Part shown: piece after piece, positions 24,900-38,184 of the stretch
Position numbering within the stretch: position 1 is the first letter of the stretch
Layout of the letters: each line of letters starts with the position of its first letter
From: Sinanodonta woodiana
Taxonomy: Eukaryota
DNA: 64,000 nt
Assembly: GCA_046254885.1 (NCBI GenBank)
Contig: CM100994.1
Location: 93,894,727 to 93,958,726, forward strand
Reading direction: 5' to 3'
Position numbers and translations under genes: made by a program
Notes under the pieces: generated by a model
Told to the model about the DNA's origin: nothing
The model's input: the letters and a program-made list of their open reading frames with translations, nothing else
Database searches by the model: none

Positions 24900-25715
24900 C
24901 TAGACCGTCTTCAGCCTTGCCATTGCTGTTACTGTCTGCGCAATCCTGGACAATATTTCTGGTTTCAATCCTTCATCTGCCACTATGGCTCCTAAGTACT
25001 TGAATCTATTAACTGTTTCCAGTTTTTGGCCACTTATCATGATGTTGGTGCTGATGCCACTGGTGTTGTTGGTCATCAATTTGGTCTTCTCTGTACTTAT
25101 TTCCATACCAAAAGCAGTAGCTGTCTTGTCCAGTTTTTCCACCAACTGAGATAGCTCCTCATTTCCTGCGAGGCCATCAATGTCATCAGCAAAGCACAGA
25201 TTTGTTATTATTCTGCCACCAATACTGACAGTTCCTTCATGATCTTCCAGTGCATCTGTCATGATTCTTTCAAGGTAGATGTTGAAGAGAGTAGGTGAAA
25301 GCAAGCATCCCTGCCTGACTCCAACAGTTGTCCTAAACCAATCTCCTATTTGACCATTGAAGCATACTGCGCTGGTGGCCTTGCTGTAAAGGCTTTCTAT
25401 GACTTTGATCAGGTTAGCATTGATGTTGTACAGCTTCATGGTGGACCAAAGGGCTGCATGCCATACTCTGTCAAATGTCTTCTTGAAATCTATAAAGACA
25501 TGATAAAGGTCTTGTTGGTGCTGCAGGTATTTCTCACATATTATTCTCAAGTTGAAAATCTGTTCAGTTGTGCTTTGCCCTGGTCTGAAGCCTGCCTGCT
25601 CATCAGCTATGATTTCCTTTGCCCGCGGCTTCAGTCTGTTCAATATTATTTTTAACATGACTTTGCTTGGATGGCATATAAGACTGATTGTACGATAGTT
25701 CTGACATTCTTGCAA
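24900..25715 (-). CDS. Reverse transcriptase core of the RTE element (fragment, frameshifted relative to its neighbours)
   Basis: Motifs FRPGQSTTEQIF, FIDFKKTFDRV, GVRQGCLLSPTLFNIYLE and CFADDIDGLAG. Confidence 0.8.
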   Translation of the reverse strand: MQECQNYRTISLICHPSKVMLKIILNRLKPRAKEIIADEQAGFRPGQSTTEQIFNLRIICEKYLQHQQDLYHVFIDFKKTFDRVWHAALWSTMKLYNINANLIKVIESLYSKATSAVCFNGQIGDWFRTTVGVRQGCLLSPTLFNIYLERIMTDALEDHEGTVSIGGRIITNLCFADDIDGLAGNEELSQLVEKLDKTATAFGMEISTEKTKLMTNNTSGISTNIMISGQKLETVNRFKYLGAIVADEGLKPEILSRIAQTVTAMARLKTV

Positions 25716-25754
25716 ATTGCCTTTTTTCGGGAGAGTTACTATGAGTGACTGTGT

Positions 25755-27146
25755 CTATGGTGTTGGCCATTCCCCTGTTTGCCAGATCTTGTTGCAGATT
25801 GTTAGTAGGGCACTTATCATGGCTTCTCCCCCTTCTTGGACTAGTTCTGCAGGGATGTTGTCTGCTCCTGCTGCCTTCCCTTTTTTCAATGCTTTCACTG
25901 CAGTCTCTACTTCTTCAGGGAGGATGGGGTAGTTGTCAGTGTTGGTCACTGATGGGGTGTTGAGTATGTCTGGGTCCCCAGTAGGTCTTTGGTTGTACAG
26001 GTCTGAGCAGTGTTCTGTCCATCTATTAAGAATGTCTTGTTCTTCTGTAAGACATTTACCTCCTTTATCTTGAATGATGGAAGAGCGTCCTTGTTTTACA
26101 CTGGTCAGGTCTTTCACCAGTTGGTATGCTTTCCATCTATTATTTTTCTTTAGATTGTTTTCTATATCTTTACACTGGTCTTCAATCCACGACTCCCTTG
26201 CCTTTCTCATGCTTTTCTTGATAACCTGATTGATTTTCCTGTATTGTTTTGCTCCTTCTACTTCTGACTTCTTCTTCTTTAGTTCTCGACGCTTGTCACA
26301 CAGATCAAGTATGTCAGTTGTAACCCAGGGTTTCTTTGGTCGTCGATGTTTGCCAAGGATCTCATTGGCTGTTTGGGTCACTGCTATGTTAAATGTGTCG
26401 ATCATTGTGTCTATATATGTGTTCTCTACATTAAGAAGTAACAGTGGTGCAAATTTCCCTCCTATCCATGCCTGGAAGGCTTCCAAGACCTCTGGGTCTC
26501 TTAGCTTATCAAGGTTGAACTTGATCCTTGTTGGGCCCTCTTTATCAACTTTTTTTAGGCGTAGTCGTAGGGTCATCAACACTAAGTCATGGTCACTTTC
26601 AATGTCTGCTCCTGGGAAACTTCTTGTCTTGGCAATGTTTACGCTGGTGTGAAAGCATCTCTTCACCATGATATAATCAATCTGGTTATGGTGTTTTCCA
26701 TTCGGGCTATGCCAGGTCCACCTTCTGGATGCTTTGTGAGGACCAGACGTGTTCATCAGCTTTAGATCATTGAAGCTGGAAAATTCCAGGAGCCTTAAGC
26801 CTCTGTCATTGGTCTTTGCATTGCAGTAGCATCCACATGTGCCTTTCCAGTTATCAATGGCATCCTCTCCTATTTTGGCATTCCAGTCTCCCTGCACCAC
26901 AAGAATGTCTTTCTTTGGGGTCTGGTCCAGGACATCTTGCAGTTGGTCATAGAAATTCTCTAATTCTTCATCATCATGGTCTGTAGTTGGAGCATAAGCT
27001 TGCACAATAGTGATATTGAGTGGTGTTGCCCTCAAGCGTATGATGATAAGCCTGCTGGAGACTGGCCGACAACTCATGACAGTGTTCACCGTGTCTTTGT
27101 GGACAAGAAATCCGACACCATGTTCATGTTTATTATCTCTGCCAGA
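25755..27146 (-). CDS. APE-type endonuclease domain plus the N-terminal part of the RTE ORF (fragment)
   Basis: GVGFLV motif and ...IVQAYAPTTDHDDEELENFYDQL...QGDWNAKIG typical of APE endonuclease. Continues into the RT N-terminal region. Confidence 0.75.
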   Translation of the reverse strand, partial: SGRDNKHEHGVGFLVHKDTVNTVMSCRPVSSRLIIIRLRATPLNITIVQAYAPTTDHDDEELENFYDQLQDVLDQTPKKDILVVQGDWNAKIGEDAIDNWKGTCGCYCNAKTNDRGLRLLEFSSFNDLKLMNTSGPHKASRRWTWHSPNGKHHNQIDYIMVKRCFHTSVNIAKTRSFPGADIESDHDLVLMTLRLRLKKVDKEGPTRIKFNLDKLRDPEVLEAFQAWIGGKFAPLLLLNVENTYIDTMIDTFNIAVTQTANEILGKHRRPKKPWVTTDILDLCDKRRELKKKKSEVEGAKQYRKINQVIKKSMRKARESWIEDQCKDIENNLKKNNRWKAYQLVKDLTSVKQGRSSIIQDKGGKCLTEEQDILNRWTEHCSDLYNQRPTGDPDILNTPSVTNTDNYPILPEEVETAVKALKKGKAAGADNIPAELVQEGGEAMISALLTICNKIWQTGEWPTP

Positions 27147-28366
27147 TTAGTATAGTTTATGGTCATCCTGTGTTGATGTTTCCCCAAAGTTCTTTGTCAA
27201 GGGTCGTTTGTTAGGGGTGGGGTTCTTCTTATAGACTTTACAAATTACAAGAAGATCCCCTAGTCCTTATTCAGAAAGTTAATTCTGGACACTATATTAT
27301 TAGTATTAAAGTATGTTATGGCTACGGGTCCCCAGTCAGCAATGTGCCGACAATTAACTTAAAAGAAATACAAGATGGAAATTTAAACAATAACAATTTA
27401 ATAAATGCAGTAAAAAGAACTTAAACTAATAAAAGTCAATCACTTTTGACCCAATGGTCCCCGACTCATCATGTGATCCAGTGTGAGGAGATTTTTCCCT
27501 TCTTGATTGCTACTCATCTCTCGATCTGACTCCTTTCTTCTTCCTCTCTTATCGTTCCAATCCTTCCAGCAACTCAACTTCTGGCAACCCAACTTCCGGT
27601 TCCTATTTATGTCCGGAACTGTAGCGATTACTATTGAGGCCACCCGAATTCCCTCGGTATCTCTCAAATTCTCGTCACTGAAATCTTCTCTTTATCCCTC
27701 TCTATCTCCCGAACTCTTCTCGGTATCTCCTGAAATCTTTTCGGTATCTCCCGAAAGCTTCCTTATTGAAGCTGCTATCGATCCCTTAAACAACTCACTA
27801 GTTACGCCTAGTCAGCGGAATTTGTAATGTCCAAAGTCTTCCAAGAATTTTTCCGAATTAATGACAAAGTCTCGTACAGCTAAGTTTATTCCAAATTTTT
27901 GAAGCAAGACTTGATCATAACACATTCTGATTGGATAGTGCTCTGATTCTAACCAATTGTTGGAGCTGTCAATCAATCGAGCGGTCTGCCTGTGTGATGT
28001 AGCGAGTCCAGCCCTTGATTGCATAACACTCTACCGCTCGCCTGAGACTTTCGATGCCACTAGGCTAGAATCAGGGTAGTATTACGTAAAAGGATTAACT
28101 TGAATTCTGGTTTCTCCGACATCAAAGCGGTGTCGCGGGTTCCCAGGTACAACAGAGAGCTCAACAATGCCGTGTTATGTAATGGGATTAAATAAATCGT
28201 GAACTTGGAAAAAATCACTGTTTAAGGTAGCAAATAATTTCACCTGTATAATACAAGGGTTTGGGGTAGAACATCACATCCTTCCATCGTACTTCGCACA
28301 ATCCGAGGATGGTCCAATAGTATCTGTTCATTTCATGTGCCAGTTCCTCAACCTTTCCTGGCATTC

Positions 28367-28504
<138 letters not shown>

Positions 28505-28724
28505 GATTTACATTAACAGTATATCTATCACTTCTGTTAACTTTTCAAACAATTTATAAGCTATTTCACCTTAGTTAGCATTTAATAAGAAATATAATAT
28601 TGTCAACATCTTCTGTTATATGTGATAAAAGATATATGCAAATGCACAATCATGATTTTTTTTAACAGACAGTTCATAAAATGTGATACCACACATCAAC
28701 CTGATATTTATTGTATGTTCAAAA

Positions 28725-28728
<4 letters not shown>

Positions 28729-28793
<65 letters not shown>
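28729..28793. repeat. (AT)n, ~28 repeats, followed by a short (AC)n
   Basis: Direct reading. Confidence 0.95.
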
Positions 28794-28794
<1 letters not shown>

Positions 28795-30338
28795 CGTATT
28801 TTCCCGCATATATTCCGCAGACGCAGATAATCCGCACCCTCATATAGCCTGCGGGTTTTGGGTTTTGTGTAAAAAAAATCATTTGCATAACCCGCACCTT
28901 TTTATAATCCGCAACCATAGATTGATGAACTGTTTGTGTATGTTCACATTATCTATCAGTACAGTAGTCCCCCTCTTAAACGACCCCCCCCCCCGATCAG
29001 CGGCCACCCACTTCTTATGGCCAGAATTCCTTGGCACCGGCGAGTTTGTATTCAAAAGTACACCTCAAGAGCAACCACCTCTCTAATGCGACCAGTGGCC
29101 AGAATTTTAGTACAAAAAATATGTCCCTCTCATGAACGGACAGATTTGTTTCTTCAAATATATCCAGAACCAACAATTAATTCAAATCTATATGTAAGGT
29201 AAGCAATTTTGATTATCGCTATCATAGAGTGTCAAGTTGCTGTTAAAAGCATGGACTGAAGATTTATAGTATATCATTATCTATAAAAGTCTATGTGTAC
29301 AGGAAATGGGCTCAGTAATGATATGATAGAGTTTGGTGTTGAACACATATGTCCAGTTCTTCTGTTTGATGGTTATAACCAGACGTAATTGTTATAATCA
29401 TAACATGGTCAGCTTAAACTAAAAATAGACTTTGTACATTGGCACACACACAGAATCTTAGAAAAATAACAGGGTACCAGACAAAGACAAAGACCGGAAA
29501 AATTGCATGACAACACTTGGCTTCCTTTACAGACTGTATTTCGTACACTCAAAATAAGTTTTTCTGCATAATTAAATCGCACACAGTCATAAATAACCAA
29601 ATAAATTATTACCAAACATTTAAATGTCATCACATTAATGGATATGTTATTTACAAGAAAGTCTGTTATTTTACACGAGGACATCAGAGAACGGAGGGGG
29701 GGGGGGCTTGCCGAACAATTTTATGTAGGAAAACCTTGAGAAAAAAAACAAGTTTATGTTGAAATAATTTAAATAAACCAAGCCATAACTGATAAGAAGG
29801 TTATTCAGCAGCAGTTGAAAAATGGAGCCAATGAAAATATAATTAAGTATGTACCAAAATGTAAATGGCGTGTTTGAATCCAAGAATACCCGCTCAAATA
29901 TCACACTTACGACAAGAAAGAAAAATACAAAAACAACATATATTCAGTAGAAATACATTAGTTGTTATAACAAGATTCGCCTTTTAATGATTTTTTTTTC
30001 CATTTAGACGCAGATATTTAATGTTTTGAAGTAAGTAGCTTTTACTAAGTACATTACATATACATGTACTTCTCATAAATTTACTGGTAAATTAAAATGA
30101 TTTGGTCCCGACACCGTAAGTTGTTGTGAAGTCACCGTAGTAGCCATAATATCCAACCTGAGCAAAACAAAACTCTAACAATATAAAAGTTATTTAGTTA
30201 TATTTTTTTAAACAATATATTGAAATATTATTATGTGTAAAAAATATTATGATATAGCCCGCACCCTTATATAACCCACATCCCCCCTGCAGGGTTTGTA
30301 AAATTTGGTATAACGCAGGATATATGCTGGAAAATGCA

Positions 30339-30580
<242 letters not shown>

Positions 30581-30849
30581 ATTCACGACTGGGTCAAATG
30601 TCATATCATTTGATGTGACATTGGATACATTATGATCCAGTCTAATGCTTCCTTATAATACCTGACAAGATAAAATCAATGTGATCTGCAATTGTATTGA
30701 TTTTAGACAGGAAGAGCTATGGTATATGAATCTAGCTGATGCCACATAGTGTGCCAGGCTGATACTAGAGAAAAAATAACAAAGTGATCTGTATTGGGAT
30801 ATTTTATATATTGAAGACTGCCTAGGTGTTGAATCTTGCCAGTTTAACA

Positions 30850-31270
30850 CTTTTAAATGCCAGGCCAAAATATAACACTCAATGAGGCCAAATTGAACAC
30901 TACAGGGAAAATACAGCAAAACCGGTATCAAAAGACCACTGTAAGACCACATGTATTTAGAGACCATATTTTCAATGCACAAATGTATTGGTTATATAGC
31001 ATTCTGACCTGTTATAAGAGACCACCTTCCTTAAGAGACCATACTTGTTGGGCAGTAAGGGTGGTCTTTTAACACAGGTTTTACTGTATAACAATATAGG
31101 CCAAACATAACACTATAGGCCAAATATATCACTCCAGGCCAAATATAATTCTCAAGGTCACAATATCACACTTCGGTCAAATATAACACTCCAGACCATA
31201 TATAACACTAAAAGTTAAAAATAATACCACATGCCAAATATAATACCCCAGGCCAAATATTCTCTCAGCC
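30850..31270. repeat. Imperfect ~22-bp tandem repeats (ggccaaatataacactc...)
   Basis: At least 9 degenerate copies of the motif aggccaaatataacact. Confidence 0.7.
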
Positions 31271-32182
31271 TTTTGAGCAGGAAACTTTAGCTCAAACTTT
31301 AAGTTGAAAAAATACAAAATTATAACATTCTGTAACTTTAATTAGAATAAATTTAGGATCCAGGACCTAGTAGGATTCTCCTCCACCTTGATTTACCTTG
31401 ATGCAAGCTGAATGATGTTTTCATATTGATGCTATACAGAAGTATTTTATCTAGGAACATTTTGGAGTTTGAGTTTCTTGATCCCAACATTTTGAGAATA
31501 GCAGAGTCTGACTTAGAATGAGTGCTAACTGATATATTCATAGATAATGTTGATTGATTGATTGATTAATTTAAGTTTAATGGCGCACCAGCACTTTTAG
31601 GCTATTTAGCATCATACAATAGGTTATATGTTTAAAAAGGTTCAATATCGACCAGCGATATATAAAAATCCATAGTAGTTAAAACATAAAATGGTAAATG
31701 TTGGGGACAGGAAAAAATGGAGCTTCCCAATCAATGGGAGATGTAAATGGTGAATGTTGATGATAAGATGTAAATAATAGGCGGTATTTGCATTAGTTAA
31801 AAAGTATTTAAGGTGAGGTCATATAAAGTTACAATTTAAAATAAAGATTTACTTCATTTAGGAAATCTAAAATACTAGTGATTTGAATAGTATCAAAAAG
31901 TTCCTTCATTTTGTGTACAGTATAATATTTATCATGCATAGGTTGTAGGTCGGAACACGTGGTCATAAAGTGTTTAACAGAAAATGGTTCATTGCAAGAA
32001 ACGCACTCTGGTGAAGCCCTACCTTTCAGTATGTGGGATTATAATTTTTGCAATGGCAACCTCCCTACAAATAGTTCAGTAGGAAGGTGTCCATTCTCCC
32101 AAGATTGGTTTGATGGCATGAAGTTTGTTACTGATGGCATCATCCCATGACACCTGCCACTTTTGACGTAGATACTTTTTGA

Positions 32183-32461
32183 TCAAGGTTTAAAATCAGT
32201 ATACAGTAATTTAAAATCTGATGGTTCTAAAGATAGAGCCATTTTAGCAGTCCGGTCTGCTTCTTCGTTACCTTTAATACCAATATGGCTAGGTAGCCAA
32301 CAGTATACTATATTGTAGGAGGTACTAAGCTCAGAGTTTTTGACGAGAAGATTCACTAATAGTGGATTATCTAGGTTGATATTGTGTAGCAACTGAAACA
32401 CTGATAATGAGTTACAGAAAATAATACTATTTAAAATGTGGTTAGATTCGATAAATGTCAA
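32183..32461 (-). pseudogene. RNase H domain fragment of a retroelement (LINE or LTR type)
   Basis: The ORF encodes ...SIIFCNSLSVFQLL...YNIVYCWLPSHIGIKGNEEADRTAKMAL, matching the WVPGHxGIxGNExAD C-terminal motif of RNase H. No adjoining intact RT or integrase ORF is present. Confidence 0.6.
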
Positions 32462-33560
32462 AGCGAGGTCTTTTGCTCTGATTTATGCTAAAAATATGGA
32501 TGCATCGTTTGGCAAACGCTCTTTGGTTATATGTTTGCCTCTGACAAAGGCTGCAGCAGCCTTATCATCAACCTTTGATCCATCAGTATAAAATTTAATG
32601 TAATGTGTAAAGTCGTTGAGAAGATCATGATAAGAGGTCAAGAATATGACTGGATTTGTCTCAGATTTTTTCCCATCGTGTAACGTTGATAATGTTAATT
32701 TAATACAATTTTAATTATACCGGTACAGTGATTTCCTATATCCAGTGACTGAAGGGTTTGGCATGCATGCAGACCTCATTTTTGTTATGTCACACTCACT
32801 ATAGAAGCCATGCCAGTAAAAAGAACAAAAAACAACATGAGGCCCAGACATCTAAGGCACATATCAGTTTGAACCTCAACATGGGTCTTAGGGCTGATCC
32901 AACATGGGCATGTGATCAAGACTGCCATTAGCTTCCAGTGGGTTAGCAGTTCTTCTCGGGCTCTTGTAGTGCCAAATATATGTATACTGACCATTCTGTA
33001 TAGTCAGTCATGTGCTGAAAACAGCATTTAAGCCCAAAACAAGAAGAACATAAACCTGTAAAAATCTAATGAATTCCTGTTTCAATTTTTCTATCAGATA
33101 TTGATGCATTATTAAATAATGAAAACAGATCTAAATGACCGACCCACAGCTTTAAGATAACATTGATATTTATTAAACATTTTTTTTTACAAAGATCAGT
33201 TGTTTTCTTTTATTAAAAAAAACTTAAATACCATTCATGTGATGAAAATCACTCAGATAAATCTCATCAGGAAAGTTATAAATGTTTCCTTGATATAAAA
33301 ATAAAATTCTTTTCAGCACAGGGTACAGACAATTAGACTGAAACAATATTTACCCCCCCCCCATGTCACTTACGGTAGTACTATTTATACCTTAAGATTC
33401 TGACAAAACACAACACCCTTTTTTTTTTAGAGTGTTTTAAGGTTGTAAATATGAAACAGATTATAGATTAAAATAGATTCCAAAACATGGTTCTTTTAAA
33501 AAATATTTTGTCGCTATTATATTTCTGATTTTTACAGTATATTCTGTGATTTCTCCAAAA

Positions 33561-33600
<40 letters not shown>

Positions 33601-33627
33601 ATAATAATAATAATATTGATAATAATG

Positions 33628-33693
<66 letters not shown>
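33561..33693. repeat. Compound trinucleotide microsatellite (ACT)n then (AAT)n
   Basis: Direct reading. Confidence 0.95.
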
Positions 33694-33695
<2 letters not shown>

Positions 33696-33806
33696 TCAAA
33701 TAGTAAACACTATACTCTCTTGAAGACCTCAGCAAAAAACAAAGCATTTGGATCAAAATTTAGATAACCCTTTTTGTCACAGTTCCACATGACTTGAATG
33801 TATGTG

Positions 33807-33817
<11 letters not shown>

Positions 33818-33886
<69 letters not shown>

Positions 33887-33888
33887 CA
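33818..33888. repeat. (ATT)n microsatellite, ~23 repeats
   Basis: Direct reading. Confidence 0.95.
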
Positions 33889-34219
33889 TGCTCTGTCAAA
33901 ATCAAAAAGGGAAAATACTTCTGACACCACAAAAGAATACATATTGTCTGATATTAAATGAAGAAGGCATAATAATTAGTAAGTAATTAATAACCTTTTA
34001 GACTGGATTGTACTTTTGTCGTTACATAAGCTGGCATAATTTTATAAAAACTTTAAAGGATACAAATCCTGCCATTGTAAACTTTATTTTATGGATTTAA
34101 CACCATGTTTCATAACATGACAGGTCATATATGGTAGCCAATATATTTGGTGGAAGAATGACTCGGGGGGGGGGGGGGGGGGCTCTGAGAACTACAAACC
34201 AGGGCTGAGTCTGGACTCT

Positions 34220-35160
34220 ACCTGTACAGAAATAAGATGTCAGTGATCCACCTGGGCTCCACTCTTATCAGAGAATACTCTATGTAAAGGTGAGGGCCTT
34301 TGACCACTCATCCACCTGGGTTCCACTCCTATTAGAGAATACTTAAAGTAAAGGTGAGGGCCTTAGACCACTCATCCACCTGGGTTCCACTCTTATCAGA
34401 GAATGCTCAAAGTAAAGGTGAGGGCCTTAGACCACTCATCCACCTGGGTTCCACTCTTATCAGAAAATGCTCAAAGTAAAGGTGAGGGCCTTAGACCACT
34501 CATCCACCTGGGTTCCACTCTTATCATAGAATGCTCAAAGTAAAGGTGAGGGCCTTCAACCACTCATCCACCTGGGTTCCACTCTTATTAGAGAATGCTC
34601 AAAGTAAAGGTGAGGGCCTTAGACCACTCATCCACCTGGGTTCCACTCTTATCAGAGAATGCTCAAAGTAAAGGTGAGGGCCTTAGACCACTCATCCACC
34701 TGGGTTCCACTCTTATCAGAGAATGCTCAAAGTAAAGGTGAGGGCCTTAGACCACTCATCCACCTAGGTTCCACTCTTATCATAGAATGCTCAAAGTAAA
34801 GGTGAGGGCCTTTGACCACACATCCACCTGGGATCCACTCTTATCAGAGAATGCTCAAAGTAAAGATGAGGGCCTTAGACCACTCATCCACCTGGGCTCC
34901 ACTCCTATTAGAGCATACTTAAAGTAAAGGTGAGGGCCTTAGACCACTCATCCACCTGGGTTCCACTCTTATTAGAGAATACTCAAAGTAAAGGTGAGGG
35001 CCTTCGACCACTCATCCACCTGGGCTCCACTCCTATTAGAGAATACTCAAAGTAAAGGTGAGGGCCTTCGACCACTCATCCACCTGGGCTCCACTTCTAT
35101 TAGAGAATACTCAAAGTAAAGGTGAGGGCTTTAGACCACTCATCCACATGTGCTCCACTC
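34220..35160. repeat. Satellite, 64-bp unit (accactcatccacctgggttccactcttatcagagaatgctcaaagtaaaggtgagggccttag), ~15 copies
   Basis: Period 64 (accactcatc recurs at 34367 and 34431). Preceded by an 18-nt G homopolymer at 34165-34182. Confidence 0.9.
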
Positions 35161-35455
35161 AATGTGATATCAGGCAATGAAATACTTGACACTGTTTTTG
35201 TTTTTGCAGTCTCAATGTGATATCAGGCAATGAGGTACTTGACACTGTCTTTGTCTTTGCTGTCTCAATGTGATATCAGGCAATGAAATACTTGACACTG
35301 TTTTTGTTTTTGCAGTCTCAATGTGACATCAGGCAATGAGGTACTTGACACTGTCTTTGTCTTTGCTGTCTCAATGTGACATCAGGCAATGAGATACTTG
35401 ACACTGTTGTCTTTGCTGTCTCAATGTGATATCAGACAATGAGATACTTGACACT
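35158..35455. repeat. Satellite, 53-bp unit (ctcaatgtgatatcaggcaatgaaatacttgacactgtttttgtttttgcagt), ~5.5 copies
   Basis: Period 53 (ctcaatgtga recurs at 35158, 35211 and 35264). Confidence 0.9.
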
Positions 35456-36555
35456 GTCTTAAATTAAGACATTTTCTTTTTATTGTTTTGTCATGTTTAA
35501 TGACACCTCAATACAAAAGTGCCTAATATGTATTGCCAACAAAATGTCAAGTTAAACACTTCTAAACAAGCTAAACTTAAAACAATGAAGTAGTTACAAT
35601 TTTGTGCAAACTATATAAAATAATAGACAAAGGCAATATGTATATTTTTTACAACATGATTAAAATTTGTTGTTTAAACTGCACCTCTGTTATATGTTCT
35701 TATTCAGTTCTTCAAATAGTTTTCATCAAAATACTTTTGTCCTACAGAGTGACACTCAATATACTCAGCAAAATTGTATTCTGCTGTTAGTGGACACTGC
35801 AGGGTACACACTTGATCCAGTCAATATTCACCCTTTTGAAAATATGCAAGAGTCTAGAACGTGTCCATTGTATATCCGATTCCAATATATGATTGGCACA
35901 ATACCACTTAATTTGTTCTGTGTAAGAGATACCACTTACCATTAGCAGTTTTGATGTTACTAAGCTTCTTTATGGAGTTTTCATTCATTCTGAAAATCAT
36001 GTTGACTTATGTACAATATTTGAGGTCAGTACCTGGAATTTTCTTTTCAGAAATGGATGACCACAAGGTAGCTTTGGCTGCTTTAGTTGCTCTTTCCATT
36101 GTTGTACAGTAATATATTAAAGTAATCAATTAAGTAATTGATTGTCTGAATTATAAAATGGTAACACTATTTGTAAATGATTCCAAATTCTGGAAAAGAA
36201 AAAAGAAATATATAATTACTTTTAATATGCAATTAATATTTTGTCATAGTTACAATTAGCAACTTACAACATAACATCATTATTCAAATACCAAAGATAA
36301 AAAAAGAAGCCAAAAAGATCTCTTTACAATGTTTTTTTTTACATTTTTGCATTTGATGTGCTATGTAGAACACTTTGATTAAAGAATATCATTATGTGCA
36401 AAACATGAATGAACCAGTGAGAACTCAGTTGTGACAGGCTGAACAGAGGTAATGTAATTTGACCTTAATTACCTTGAACAAAATAATTGTAATTGATTGC
36501 TGCATTCTGACAAAGTAATTATAATCAGCTATAACAATTCTGGTTCAATAGTTTT

Positions 36556-37890
36556 AATTTTAATCATTATCTTTATAACAGTAACATATACAACACTGAC
36601 TTTTAATTATCTTTAGGACAGTAATCTATACAACTCTGTTTATAACCTTTACAACAGTAATCGATACAACACTGACTTTTAATTATCTTTAGGACAGTAA
36701 TCTATACAACTCTGTTTATAACCTTTACAACAGTAATCGATACAACACTGACTTTTAATTATCTTTAGGACAGTAATCTATACAACTCTGTTTATAACCT
36801 TTACAACAGTAAGCTATACAACAATGGCTTTTAATTACTTTTACAACAGTAATCTATGCAACACTAGCTTTGTATTACCTTTACAACAGTAATCTGCATC
36901 ACACTGGCCTTTTATTACCTTTACAACAGTAAGCTATACAACACTGGTTTTTAATTACCTTTACAAAACATAATCTATACAACATTGGCTTGTATTTACC
37001 TTTACAACAGTAATCTATACAACACTGGCCTTTTATTACCTTTACAACAGTAATCTATACAACACTGGCCTTTTATTACCTTTACAACAGTAAGCTATAC
37101 AACACTGGCCTTTTATTACCTTTACAACAGTAAGCTATACAATACTGGTCTTTTATTACCTTTACAACAGTAATCTGCATGACACTGGCCTTTTATTACC
37201 TTTACAACTGTAACCTATACAACACTGGCCTTTTATTACCTTTACAACAGTAAGCTATACAATACTGGTCTTTTATTACCTTTACAACAGTAAGCTATAC
37301 AACACTGGCCTTTTATTACCTTTACAACAGTAATCTGCATGACACTGGCCTTTTTTTACCTTTACAATAGTAATCTATACAACACTGGCTTGTAATTACC
37401 TTTACAACAGTAACATTTACAACACTGGCCTTTTATTACCTTTATAACAGTAAGCTATACAACACTGGCTTTTAATTACCTTTACAAAACATAATCTATA
37501 CAACATTGGCTTGTATTTACCTTTACAACAGTAATCTATACAACACTGGCCTTTTATTACCTTTACAACAGTAAGCTATACAACACTGGCTTTTAATTAC
37601 CTTTACAACAGTAATCTATACAACACTGGCCTTTTATTACCTTCACAACAGTAAGCTATACAACACTGGCTTTTAATTACCTTTACAACAGTAATCTATA
37701 CAACACTGGCTTTTAATTACCTTTACAACAGTAATCTATACAACACTGGCCTTTCCTTACCTTTACAACTGTAATCTATACAACACTGGCCTTTCATTAC
37801 CTTTACAACTGTAATCTATACAACACTGGCCTTTCATTACCTTTACAACAGTAATCTATGCAATACTAGCATTTCATTACCTATTATTCA
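36556..37890. repeat. Satellite, ~40-bp unit (aacactggccttttattacctttacaacagtaatctatac), ~33 copies. The first ~250 bp are organised as ~79-bp dimers.
   Basis: Period 40 (aacactggcc recurs at 37021 and 37061). Variants gtaagctatac and gtaatctatac. Confidence 0.9.
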
Positions 37891-38179
37891 GAAATGAGTG
37901 ATTGGATGGCTACATCATTTCAATTCTAAATAATAAAACATTGTACAAGCAGAGAAAAGAATAGATGAACATGACTTGAAAAATGCTGAATACTGCAGTT
38001 GCTTGTTTAGATAAATTAGAATGGTAAGGAAATAAAACATAAATATTTTCATTAAAATGGAAATTTTTTGGGTGGGAGAGCTGATACAGGATAGGTTTTA
38101 ATGTACAAGGAAGCAGCTAATCTGGTAATTTTAATCTGACATAATGTCTTCTTGTCAGTATGTCATATTTCTCTGTCCC

Positions 38180-38184
<5 letters not shown>

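Larger units (their letters stand above)
24385..27240 (-). mobile_element. RTE-like non-LTR retrotransposon (APE endonuclease + reverse transcriptase), 5'-truncated/decayed, with a (GATA)n microsatellite 3' tail
   Basis: Three collinear minus-strand ORFs: 25755-27089 with in-frame extension to about 27146 (endonuclease, ...HGVGFLVHKDTVNTV...), 24900-25715 (RT, FADDI motif) and 24399-24860 (RT C-terminus). A stop follows at 27147-27149. Frame breaks occur at about 25715/25755 and 24860/24900. The 3' end runs straight into (atct)n at 24388-24408 with no poly(A), as in RTE-clade elements. Confidence 0.8.

Noticed and set aside
28000-28210. tRNA-related SINE head suspected from gcggtgtcgcgggttcccagg.
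   Set aside because: No convincing A box, and the stem-loops do not pair. Left as an unexplained CpG-containing segment.
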